Source of the DNA: Nitrosococcus oceani ATCC 19707
Lineage (GTDB): Bacteria; Pseudomonadota; Gammaproteobacteria; Nitrosococcales; Nitrosococcaceae
Assembly (NCBI RefSeq): GCF_000012805.1
Contig: NC_007484.1
Coordinates: 870,001 to 902,000, forward strand
Reading direction: 5' to 3'
Length of the DNA stretch: 32,000 bases
Part shown: in pieces, positions 1 through 7,751 of the stretch
Layout of the letters: the number at the start of each line of letters is the position of its first letter
Position numbering within the stretch: the stretch's first letter is position 1
The notes under the pieces: generated by a model
The model's database searches: none
Told to the model about the DNA's origin: nothing
What the model saw: only the letters and a program-made list of their open reading frames with translations
Position numbers and translations under genes: made by a program

Positions 1-266
1 CCGGAATTCGCCGTTGGCCAGAAGCCTATCTGCCCAAGATCTACGATCCGGCGGCCGTAGATCAAATTATTGACGTGTCGCAAGGGGAGGCGGAGGAGAC
101 GACTCGGCAACTCGCTGCCCGGGAAGGGATTTTTGCCGGTATCTCTTCCGGGGGCGCGGTTGCGGCAGCGCTGCGATTAGCCAAGAAGGTCAAACATAGC
201 ACGATTGTGGTGATCATTTGTGATCGAGGCGATCGATATCTTTCCACCCCTGTTTTCCCCGCCTAA
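1..266 (+). CDS. cysM: Cysteine synthase B (O-acetylserine sulfhydrylase B), C-terminal fragment; the 5' end lies outside the window
   Basis: Frame 3 is open from base 3 to TAA at 264-266. The translation GIRRWPEAYLPKIYDPAAVDQIIDVSQGEAEETTRQLAAREGIFAGISSGGAVAAALRLAKK...VVIICDRGDRYLSTPVF matches the conserved CysM C-terminus as I recall it for E. coli (GIRRWP.EYLP, EGIF.G.SSGGAV, IICDRGDRYLST). Confidence 0.85.
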   Translation, partial: GIRRWPEAYLPKIYDPAAVDQIIDVSQGEAEETTRQLAAREGIFAGISSGGAVAAALRLAKKVKHSTIVVIICDRGDRYLSTPVFPA

Positions 267-322
267 AGAGAGCCGTTGGCGTTTTTCCGAATTTTGCTAA
301 GGTAGCTGCTTCCGCGAGGTGC

Positions 323-2395
323 TTGAGGCGTCCCGCCAGTGCTCGCTGGTGGCTGTTATTGAGCCTGGGTGTGTTCTTTGTATCGGACGTGCGTCCGGTT
401 GATAAATATACTCTCCACCTTGGGGATCTAGGCGGCTCCGGCTGGCGGGCGGAACAGGTAGCCCTTGATTTTCAGTTCCAAACCGCCAATCGGGGTTCGG
501 CTCAGCTTCATATCGCCCGCTTGCTACTCCCTTCCCCTTTTAAGCGCTTGCAGCAAGTGGTTATCCACTGCGAATATATTGAATTGCTCTCCTCTCATTT
601 GCGGTGTGCGGAGGGGACCGTGAATTTCACCTATGAAGGCTTTTTTGTACGTAGCAGTCTCTTCAGTTTTAGCTATCATTTAGAGACTCAAGCGCTTTCT
701 TTCGAGCTTAAATCATTGGGCTTGGTTGGCGGGTCTGGGACTATTGCAGGGCATTTTGAAGATGCGCGCTGGCAATTATCCATTTCTGGAAAGTCTCTCA
801 AGCTAGCCTCTTTTCTTGAGCTAATAGCTTCTTTGGGCCTGCAATCAGCCATTTGGCCCTCGGAATTCTCCTTCCAGGGCGTGCTGGGGATAGAGGCAAA
901 ATTAGCAGGGCAAGGCCAATTTCTGCGTACTGTCTGCCTTGGACTTCAGCTCGATGGAATAGGCTTCTCCGATACAAGCGCTCTCCAGGTGGGTGAGGCG
1001 GTAGCCGGCAAACTTCAGCTCAAGGGGCAAAATACCCACAAGGGTTGGGAGATGACTGGAGAGATGAAATTAAATGGAGGAGAAGCCTATTTCCATCCGT
1101 TATATTTCGCATTTTCCGAAACCCCTTTTCATGCCCAGTTAGAATTAGAGCCAGGGAAGGCCAAGGGGGATTGGAAAATTCCCCACTTCAGTCTGAAGCA
1201 AACTGGGGTTATGGCGCTTACGGGGGCGCTCCAGTGGACCCGGCAAGGAATAACCGAAGCGCAGGCCCAACTGGCGCAAGCCCGAGTGCCCGCCTTGTAT
1301 CGGCATTGGTTGAAACCTTTTTTGGCGGGGACGGCCTTGGGGAATTTAACAAGTGGCGGAAAGGTTACCCTTGCTTGGAGATATCGTTCTCCTGGCCAGT
1401 GGGAACTCAAGGGATTCTTTGATGAGGTAGATATTGCTGACCAGCAAGGACGATTTAGCCTTGCAGGCCTTGGGGGGCAATTCGGTTGGAGCACTCATGC
1501 TACTCCCTTAATGATGGATCTCAGTTGGCAAGGGGGGCGTATTTATGCCTTGAATTTGGGGGCGGCGCACTTCCTTGCCGAGAGTAAAAATAATGGCTTG
1601 GGGCTTCGTCAACCGTTGCGGCTACCTGTACTCGATGGGCAGTTGCTTATTAATGATTTTGTTCTAAAAGATCCAGGAACCTCCGTAGCTCATTGGGGGC
1701 TGGAAGGGGCGTTAAGTCCTCTTTCCATGGAAAGGCTCAGTCAGGCCCTGGGTTGGCCCGCCTTGGCTGGGAAATTATCCGGGGTTATCCCTCGGGTCCG
1801 GTATCGGGAAGGCGTTGTGGAAGTTGGCGGTGCTTTGCTGGTACGGCTATTCGATGGCACACTGGTTATCCAGAACCTGCGCTTAGAAGACCCCTTAGGG
1901 ATAATTCCACGGCTTGAGGCGGACATTGATATTAACCGCCTGGACTTGGAAACCATGACCCGTACTTTTGCCTTTGGTAAAATCGAAGGCCAGCTCAGTG
2001 GCGAAATACGGAAGCTCCGCTTGGTTGATTGGCAGCCGGTTCAATTTGATGCGAAACTGGCGACCCCGGAAGGTGATCCTTCGCGGCACCGTATTAGCCA
2101 GCAAGCGGTGGAGAGTCTCTCGCGTTTAGGTGGAGGCGCCAGCGGTTTGGTCTCCCGGAGTTTTTTAGGGCTGTTTAACGATTTTTCCTATGACAAAATG
2201 GGCTTGAGTTGCCGTCTTCGCCGCCAAGTATGCAAGATGGGAGGATTAGGGTCCATTAATGGAGGATATTATATTGTCCGTGGTAGCGGATTTCCTCGTA
2301 TTGATATCATTGGTTATACCCGCCGGGTGGATTGGCCGGTGTTTATAAAACGGCTAAAGAGGGTGACTTCGGTGGATGGCTCGGTGAGGGAATGA
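323..2395 (+). CDS. ydbH: AsmA-like / YdbH-family intermembrane lipid-transport protein (690 aa) with an N-terminal membrane anchor
   Basis: Long ORF starting at TTG with GAGG just upstream. The N-terminus MRRPASARWWLLLSLGVFFV looks like a signal anchor. The rest is beta-rich repetitive sequence. The C-terminal region (GKLSGVIPRVRYREGVVEVGGALLV...LDLETMTRTFAFGKIEGQLSGEI...FDAKLATPEGDPSRHRISQQAVESLSRLGGG) is typical of YdbH/AsmA-type domains as I remember them. A DUF1318/YdbL-type gene follows 20 nt downstream, as in the E. coli ydbH-ynbE-ydbL operon. The family assignment is from memory and context, not a search. Confidence 0.6.
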   Translation: MRRPASARWWLLLSLGVFFVSDVRPVDKYTLHLGDLGGSGWRAEQVALDFQFQTANRGSAQLHIARLLLPSPFKRLQQVVIHCEYIELLSSHLRCAEGTVNFTYEGFFVRSSLFSFSYHLETQALSFELKSLGLVGGSGTIAGHFEDARWQLSISGKSLKLASFLELIASLGLQSAIWPSEFSFQGVLGIEAKLAGQGQFLRTVCLGLQLDGIGFSDTSALQVGEAVAGKLQLKGQNTHKGWEMTGEMKLNGGEAYFHPLYFAFSETPFHAQLELEPGKAKGDWKIPHFSLKQTGVMALTGALQWTRQGITEAQAQLAQARVPALYRHWLKPFLAGTALGNLTSGGKVTLAWRYRSPGQWELKGFFDEVDIADQQGRFSLAGLGGQFGWSTHATPLMMDLSWQGGRIYALNLGAAHFLAESKNNGLGLRQPLRLPVLDGQLLINDFVLKDPGTSVAHWGLEGALSPLSMERLSQALGWPALAGKLSGVIPRVRYREGVVEVGGALLVRLFDGTLVIQNLRLEDPLGIIPRLEADIDINRLDLETMTRTFAFGKIEGQLSGEIRKLRLVDWQPVQFDAKLATPEGDPSRHRISQQAVESLSRLGGGASGLVSRSFLGLFNDFSYDKMGLSCRLRRQVCKMGGLGSINGGYYIVRGSGFPRIDIIGYTRRVDWPVFIKRLKRVTSVDGSVRE

Positions 2396-2415
2396 ATTTA
2401 ATTAGAGAGCACGCA

Positions 2416-3027
2416 ATGAAAAAGCGGTTACGTTGGTCGAGTTTGTTGGCGGTAATAGGACTAGCTGCCTGTGTGACCATCAATATTTATTTTCCTGCAG
2501 CAGCGGCAGAAAAGGCTGCGGACAAGATCATCGAGGACGTTTGGGAGCAAGATGCAACCACCACGCCAGCCGCACCGACTTCCCCAGCCGAGCAAGAAGA
2601 GCTCTCTTCTCTGCCGGGCTTTGCCTGGAGCCGAGTGCTTGATTTTTTAATCACGCCGGTGGTGGCGGCCGAACCCAATCTGGATATCTCAAGTCTCGCC
2701 ATTAAACGTATTACCGTCTCTATGGAAAGGCGCTATCGTGAACTTAAACCCTATTTTCAAAGTGGCGCTATCGGGCTTACCCATGATGGTTTGGTGGCAA
2801 TGCGAAAGGCCCAGGAAGTCCCCCTTAGGGACCGGACTCAGGTAAATCAGCTGCTTGCCACTGAAAACAATGATCGTAATGCCCTTTATGGAGAGATTGC
2901 CAGAGCCAATGGCCACCCTGAATGGGAGGCTCAACTTCGGGAAACTTTTGCCCGCCGCTGGATTCAAAAAGCGCCTTCAGGATGGTGGTATCAGAATGCC
3001 CAAGGCCAATGGGCGCAAAAGCGTTAA
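2416..3027 (+). CDS. ydbL: YdbL (DUF1318)-family periplasmic protein with a lipoprotein signal peptide; possible YnbE-YdbL fusion
   Basis: ATG at 2416 with GAGAG 6 nt upstream. An alternative ATG at 2392 overlaps the ydbH-like stop as ATGA. Signal peptide MKKRLRWSSLLAVIGLAA|C has the lipobox L-A-A-C. A Pro/Thr-rich linker (TTTPAAPTSPAEQEE) follows. The C-terminus ENNDRNALYGEIARANGHPEWEAQLRETFARRWIQKAPSGWWYQNAQGQWAQK matches the DUF1318/YdbL signature as I recall it. Confidence 0.7.
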   Translation: MKKRLRWSSLLAVIGLAACVTINIYFPAAAAEKAADKIIEDVWEQDATTTPAAPTSPAEQEELSSLPGFAWSRVLDFLITPVVAAEPNLDISSLAIKRITVSMERRYRELKPYFQSGAIGLTHDGLVAMRKAQEVPLRDRTQVNQLLATENNDRNALYGEIARANGHPEWEAQLRETFARRWIQKAPSGWWYQNAQGQWAQKR

Positions 3028-3038
3028 CCACCTTGTCA

Positions 3039-3812
3039 ATGAACGTTTTTGTCTTTGATATCGAAACGGTCCCGGATGTAGAAGGGGCGCGCCGTTTCTA
3101 TGGCTTGGAGGGTTTGGATGATGCCGCGGTGGCTGAAATTATGTTTTCTAAACGTCGCCAGGAGACGGGGGGCGGGGAGTTTTTGCGTTTACATTTGCAC
3201 CGCATCGCCGCTATTTCCGTGGCGCTCCGTTCCCAGGACCGGTTTAAAGTTTGGTCATTAGGCGATCCTGCCTCTCCGGAGGAAGAGTTAATACAGCGTT
3301 TCTTTGATGGAATCGAAAAATTTGTACCCACCCTGGTTTCTTGGAATGGGAGCGCCTTCGATCTTCCGGTGATACACTACCGCGCTTTGCTTCATGGTAT
3401 TGGGGGCGCGCGTTATTGGGAGATCGGCGAGAAGGAGCAAAGCTTTCGCTGGAATAACTATCTGAATCGTTATCACCAGCGCCACTTAGATTTGATGGAT
3501 GTGTTGTCTGGCTACCAGACTCGAGCCGTGGCCCCGTTGGATGAAATTGCGACATTACTTGGCTTTCCCGGTAAAATGGGGATGAGTGGCGCTAAAGTAT
3601 GGGATTTATTTCAAAGCGGTGAGCTTGAGGCAATTCGCAATTACTGTGAAACTGATGTACTGAATACCTACCTTGTCTTCTTGCGATTTGAACTCATACG
3701 GGGACAGCTTGAGAAAGCCACCTATCAGCAGGAATGTCAACGGGTGCGGGAGGTGATAGGGGCTGAGAACAAAACTCATTTTTCGGAATTTTTGGCCCTC
3801 TGGAATATTTAA
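3039..3812 (+). CDS. Predicted 3'-5' exonuclease, DEDD superfamily, related to the PolB exonuclease domain (DNA_pol_B_exo2-like)
   Basis: I prefer the ATG at 3039 over the upstream extension to 2922, which would overlap ydbL by about 100 nt. All three Exo motifs are present: VFDIETVPD (ExoI DxE), SWNGSAFDLPVI (ExoII N...FD) and NYCETDVLNTY (ExoIII Y...D). Confidence 0.75.
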   Translation: MNVFVFDIETVPDVEGARRFYGLEGLDDAAVAEIMFSKRRQETGGGEFLRLHLHRIAAISVALRSQDRFKVWSLGDPASPEEELIQRFFDGIEKFVPTLVSWNGSAFDLPVIHYRALLHGIGGARYWEIGEKEQSFRWNNYLNRYHQRHLDLMDVLSGYQTRAVAPLDEIATLLGFPGKMGMSGAKVWDLFQSGELEAIRNYCETDVLNTYLVFLRFELIRGQLEKATYQQECQRVREVIGAENKTHFSEFLALWNI

Positions 3813-3865
3813 AGCGGGGGGTTAGCTTGTAACCTCTAGATTTACTCTTTATTTATCTCTCGGCA

Positions 3866-5209
3866 ATGGCGCATCATCCTAAACGAAAACCTCTCTCTCA
3901 AGAGCCTCAAAAGGCTTCCATTGAGGCACTAACCCATGAGGGCCGTGGTATTGCCCACGTAGCCGGCAAAACTGTTTTTATTGATGGTGCCCTGCCTGGC
4001 GAAACGGTATGGTTTCACTATCTCCGCCGGCGCGGTAAATTTGACGAAGGCCGTGTACTAGAAGTATTGCAACCGGCGCCAAGCCGGGTAGAGCCGCGCT
4101 GTCGCCATTTTGGGGTTTGTGGGGGGTGTAGCTTGCAACATTTGAGCACGGCGGCTCAGTTGCAGCTCAAGCAAGTAACGGTAAGGGAGCAGTTCCGTCA
4201 TTTTGGCGGTGTTGAACCCGAGCAATGGCTACCCCCTCTGGTGGGAGGGGGCTACTGGGGATATCGCTACAAGGCGCGCCTAGGGGTTAAGTTCGTTAAA
4301 AAAAAGGATCGCGTACTGGTTGGCTTTCGGGAAAAGGGAAGCTCCTTGATTGCGGCGCTGGAGGGTTGTGAGGTGCTGCACCCGTCGGTGGGATATCTAT
4401 TGCCAGCGCTAGGCGAATTGATCGCCTCTTTAAGTTGCTATGACCGTATTCCCCAGATCGAGGTTGCTGCTGGGGATCAATCAACCGGTTTGGTATTTCG
4501 CCATCTCGTGCCCTTGACTACAGCGGATACCGAGCAGCTAGTGGCATTTGGCCAGGCCCATAAATTGCAGATTTATCTCCAAGGGGGGGGAGCGGAAACG
4601 GTACGTCTCCTATGGCCCGCAGGGGCGCGTTTAAGTTATTCCCAGTTTGGAAAGCTGGAAATGATATTCTTGCCTACGGATTTCACTCAGGTAAACCGGG
4701 AGGTGAACACCAAAATGGTTCGGCGGGTCCTTGAGTTACTTGAAATTAAATCCGGCGAGCGGGTGCTAGACTTGTTTTGTGGAATAGGTAACTTTACCCT
4801 GCCGTTGGCAATTGCTGGCGCCGAGGTTGTGGGAATAGAAGGCAATGCCGGGTTAGTGGCTCGGGCAGTGGCGAATGCAACACATAACCGGCTGGAAAAT
4901 GCCTATTTTGAAATGGCTGATCTGAATGGGGCGGAATGGACTCATTATGTTTGGGCACGAGAAGGCTTTTCTAAAGCGCTGTTAGATCCACCCCGAAGTG
5001 GAGCATTACTTGCGGTACAGCAAATGTCAAAACTAAGGGTACAGCGAATTGTTTATGTTTCTTGCAATCCTGCTACCCTTGCCCGGGATGCAGGTGAGCT
5101 TGTTAATCGACAGGGCTACCGTTTGCGTTACGCGGGAGTGATCGATATGTTTCCCCATACTACCCATGTGGAAACCCTTGCCTTGTTTGAGCAGACAAGG
5201 AAGCACTAG
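3866..5209 (+). CDS. rlmD: 23S rRNA (uracil1939-C5)-methyltransferase RlmD (RumA)
   Basis: 447-aa ORF with an N-terminal TRAM-like region, the Fe-S Cys motif CRHFGVCGGCSLQH, the SAM motif LDLFCGIGNFTLPLA and the catalytic region VYVSCNPATLARD. Confidence 0.9.
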   Translation: MAHHPKRKPLSQEPQKASIEALTHEGRGIAHVAGKTVFIDGALPGETVWFHYLRRRGKFDEGRVLEVLQPAPSRVEPRCRHFGVCGGCSLQHLSTAAQLQLKQVTVREQFRHFGGVEPEQWLPPLVGGGYWGYRYKARLGVKFVKKKDRVLVGFREKGSSLIAALEGCEVLHPSVGYLLPALGELIASLSCYDRIPQIEVAAGDQSTGLVFRHLVPLTTADTEQLVAFGQAHKLQIYLQGGGAETVRLLWPAGARLSYSQFGKLEMIFLPTDFTQVNREVNTKMVRRVLELLEIKSGERVLDLFCGIGNFTLPLAIAGAEVVGIEGNAGLVARAVANATHNRLENAYFEMADLNGAEWTHYVWAREGFSKALLDPPRSGALLAVQQMSKLRVQRIVYVSCNPATLARDAGELVNRQGYRLRYAGVIDMFPHTTHVETLALFEQTRKH

Positions 5210-5267
5210 GGAAATTCGATGTCCTCGGCGGAAGTTGCCAGTACAATAGTAGGGGGAGCGAAAAAAC

Positions 5268-5765
5268 ATGAAGAGCCATATCAAAACCATTACTGGAGAT
5301 TATGTGATCCGGAATTTACGGATAGGTATTGCGGCTGCGCGGTTTAATGAATTTATCGTCGCTAGTTTGCTGGAGGGGACCGTGGATACTTTACTTCGCC
5401 ATGGGGTTACCTCCAAGGATATCGAAATTGTTCGCGTTCCTGGCGCATTTGAGTTGCCGCTGGCAATTCAAGCCATGGCGCAGCGAGGCGGCTTTGATGC
5501 CTTAGTAGCTTTAGGGACGGTTATCCGCGGCGCGACCCCCCACTTTGATTATGTCGCTGGGGAATGCAGTAAGGGGTTGGGGTTGATTTCCTTGCAGCAT
5601 AGCTTACCCATTGGTTTTGGCGTGCTGACAGTGGATACCATTGAACAGGCTATTGAGCGGGCGGGCACTAAAGCCGGAAACAAAGGGGTAGAGGCCGCGC
5701 TTTCTGTGATTGAGATGGTTGGCGTATTGCGACAAATTCATAGCGCCAAAGGCGAAATAACGTGA
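5268..5765 (+). CDS. ribH: 6,7-dimethyl-8-ribityllumazine synthase
   Basis: Motifs [23 protein letters not shown] and [22 protein letters not shown] upstream. Its stop overlaps the nusB start (GTGA). Confidence 0.93.
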   Translation: MKSHIKTITGDYVIRNLRIGIAAARFNEFIVASLLEGTVDTLLRHGVTSKDIEIVRVPGAFELPLAIQAMAQRGGFDALVALGTVIRGATPHFDYVAGECSKGLGLISLQHSLPIGFGVLTVDTIEQAIERAGTKAGNKGVEAALSVIEMVGVLRQIHSAKGEIT

Positions 5766-6208
5766 GTAATCGTCGTTCGAAGGCCCGCACGGCTGCTTTG
5801 CAGGGGCTTTATCAGTGGCAGTTGATGGGACAGGATGTCGATAAAATCGATATTGAATTCATTGTTCAGGATATACGGGGTATTGATCATGCCTATTTTC
5901 AGGAATTGTTGCGAGGAGTGCCCCAGCGCCAAGGGGAGCTAGATGAATGTCTCGGACCCTTTTTAGATCGGCCTATTAATGAAGTCGACCCGGTGGAATG
6001 CGCCATTTTGAGAATAGGGGCATTTGAATTGCTTTGTCGTCCTGAGATTCCCTATCGGGTTGTGCTAAATGAAGCCATTGAGTTGGCTAAGCGCTTTGGC
6101 GCCGAGCATGGCCATCGCTATGTCAACGGCATTCTCGATAAAGTGGCTCAAAAAGTACGTGCTACCGAGTTTCGGTCCCGAGCTCTTAGACGGCGGTTGC
6201 AGACTTAG
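5762..6208 (+). CDS. nusB: Transcription antitermination factor NusB
   Basis: The N-terminus [20 protein letters not shown] is typical of NusB. The conserved ribH-nusB-thiL-pgpA order supports the call. Confidence 0.92.
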   Translation: MSNRRSKARTAALQGLYQWQLMGQDVDKIDIEFIVQDIRGIDHAYFQELLRGVPQRQGELDECLGPFLDRPINEVDPVECAILRIGAFELLCRPEIPYRVVLNEAIELAKRFGAEHGHRYVNGILDKVAQKVRATEFRSRALRRRLQT

Positions 6209-6265
6209 CAGCGAACTTGATGACATGATACTTGTACCACCTGGCTCTTCTGAGCGCTTTAAGAT

Positions 6266-7225
6266 GTGAATGAGTTCTCCCTGATTGAAAATTTTTTTGC
6301 GGATTGTACTCAGAAACGGGAAGACGTTGCGCTGGCGGTGGGTGACGATTGCGCCTTGATGACTGTCCCTCCAGGTTGTGAATTGGCGGTTTCTATTGAT
6401 ACGTTAGTAGCCGGGGTGCACTTTACTGCCGAGGTGGATTCCGCCGCTTTGGGGCACAAAGCGCTGACGGTAGGATTGAGCGATCTTGCTGCTATGGGGG
6501 CAGAACCGGCCTGGGCGACTTTGGCGTTGACTCTGCCAGAGCTCGACAGAGCTTGGCTGGCTGGGTTTACTCAAGGGTTAAGCAAGCTTGCCAGAAGCTA
6601 CGGTGTGCAATTGGTAGGGGGAGATACCACTCGGGGGCCGCTGGCGGTCACTATGCAGTTGCATGGTTTCGTGCCTCGGGGTAAAGCCCTGAGGCGTGAT
6701 GGAGCACGTCCCGGTGATGGAATTTACGTAACGGGAACTTTGGGTGATTCTGGCCTTGCCCTTCAAGCGCGATTGGAAGGTCTCCAGTTATCCCAGGAGG
6801 CTTTATGCTATGTTGAGCATCGCCTGGATTGGCCACAGCCTCGGGTACATGAAGCCTTGGCGCTTCGTCCTCTCGCCCATGCTGCTATCGATATCTCAGA
6901 TGGTCTCGCAGCAGATTTGGGACATATCCTGAAAGGCAGCGGTGTTGGTGCGGCGGTTGAAGTAGAGGCTTTGCCGCTTTCAGATTCCTTTCGTGCTTCT
7001 CTTGAGTTGGAGCAAGCCTGGGCCTTGGCGCTAACCGCAGGCGATGACTACGAATTGTGTGTGACCGCGCCTGCCGAATACCATGACCGGATACAGGCGG
7101 TGCTCTCGGATCGGGGTTGTCCCTGCACCTTGATTGGAACGATTGAAGAGGAGCCAGGCTTCCGTTGCCGCCGCCGGAATGGAGCTTCATTTATTCCCCA
7201 ACAGCAGGGTTACCGTCATTTTTAG
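6266..7225 (+). CDS. thiL: Thiamine-monophosphate kinase
   Basis: GTG start. The N-terminus NEFSLIENFF and the motifs GDDCAL, DTLVAGVHF, GGDTTRGP and DISDGL are typical of ThiL/AIR-synthase-like kinases. Confidence 0.9.
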   Translation: MNEFSLIENFFADCTQKREDVALAVGDDCALMTVPPGCELAVSIDTLVAGVHFTAEVDSAALGHKALTVGLSDLAAMGAEPAWATLALTLPELDRAWLAGFTQGLSKLARSYGVQLVGGDTTRGPLAVTMQLHGFVPRGKALRRDGARPGDGIYVTGTLGDSGLALQARLEGLQLSQEALCYVEHRLDWPQPRVHEALALRPLAHAAIDISDGLAADLGHILKGSGVGAAVEVEALPLSDSFRASLELEQAWALALTAGDDYELCVTAPAEYHDRIQAVLSDRGCPCTLIGTIEEEPGFRCRRRNGASFIPQQQGYRHF

Positions 7226-7227
7226 TT

Positions 7228-7719
7228 ATGGCTCAAGATATTGCAAAAATTAGCTGGCGTCAGTTGCTGGCAAATCCTATCTATTTCCTTGCTTTTGGCT
7301 TTGGTTCTGGCTTAGCCTCCCGTGCCCCGGGCACCTTCGGAACCTTACCGGCGTTGCCTTTTTATTGGTGGATTCAAGATTGGCCTCTGTTTGGCTATGT
7401 GCTATTAGTGCTGGTGTTGTTTTTAATAGGCATTTGGGTTTGCCATGTGACCGCTAGGGATCTAGAGATTAAAGACCCTGCTGGAGTTGTTTGGGATGAG
7501 TTCGTAGGTTTTTTGGTGACCATGACGGCGGCACCTTCTGGTTGGGGGTGGTTGCTTGGGGGATTTATCCTTTTTCGCTTATTTGATATTTGGAAGCCTT
7601 GGCCTATTCGAGTGTTGGATCGCCGTATAGCAGGAGGTTTAGGGATTATGCTGGATGATGTGGTGGCGGGTATTTTTGCTGCTCTCGTACTTGCAGGCTT
7701 CGAGGTATGGATGGGATAA
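7228..7719 (+). CDS. pgpA: Phosphatidylglycerophosphatase A
   Basis: The ATG at 7228 lies just after the thiL stop; the track's 7165 start would overlap thiL by about 60 nt. Motifs FGFGSGL, PGTFGTL, FDIWKPWPI and GGLGIMLDD. Confidence 0.9.
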   Translation: MAQDIAKISWRQLLANPIYFLAFGFGSGLASRAPGTFGTLPALPFYWWIQDWPLFGYVLLVLVLFLIGIWVCHVTARDLEIKDPAGVVWDEFVGFLVTMTAAPSGWGWLLGGFILFRLFDIWKPWPIRVLDRRIAGGLGIMLDDVVAGIFAALVLAGFEVWMG

Positions 7720-7751
7720 GTTGGTATTATACTAAGCTAGTTTTATCCTAA

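Noticed and set aside
1045-1494. ORFs of 125 aa (+) and 121 aa (-) nested within the ydbH-like gene
   Set aside because: They sit in alternative frames of a well-supported long ORF. The translations are Arg/Pro/Gly/Trp-rich low-complexity sequence, typical of off-frame reading in GC-moderate DNA.
2332-2415. Upstream extensions offered by the ORF track: 2332 for ydbL, 2922 for the exonuclease, 7165 for pgpA, 15257 for cdsA and 21274 for skp
   Set aside because: Each extension overlaps the preceding gene substantially and adds residues unlike the family N-terminus. The internal starts have better RBS placement and yield canonical N-termini or signal peptides.
4583-4590. Other homopolymer runs inside essential or housekeeping genes: G8 in rlmD (4583-4590), G8 in pyrH (13398-13405), G8 in the OmpA-like gene (26929-26936), A9 in skp (21784-21792) and A9 in lpxA (22707-22715)
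   Set aside because: All are explained by consecutive GGG (Gly) or AAA (Lys) codons in conserved motifs such as the pyrH GGGN motif. Phase variation of essential genes like lpxA and pyrH is implausible.
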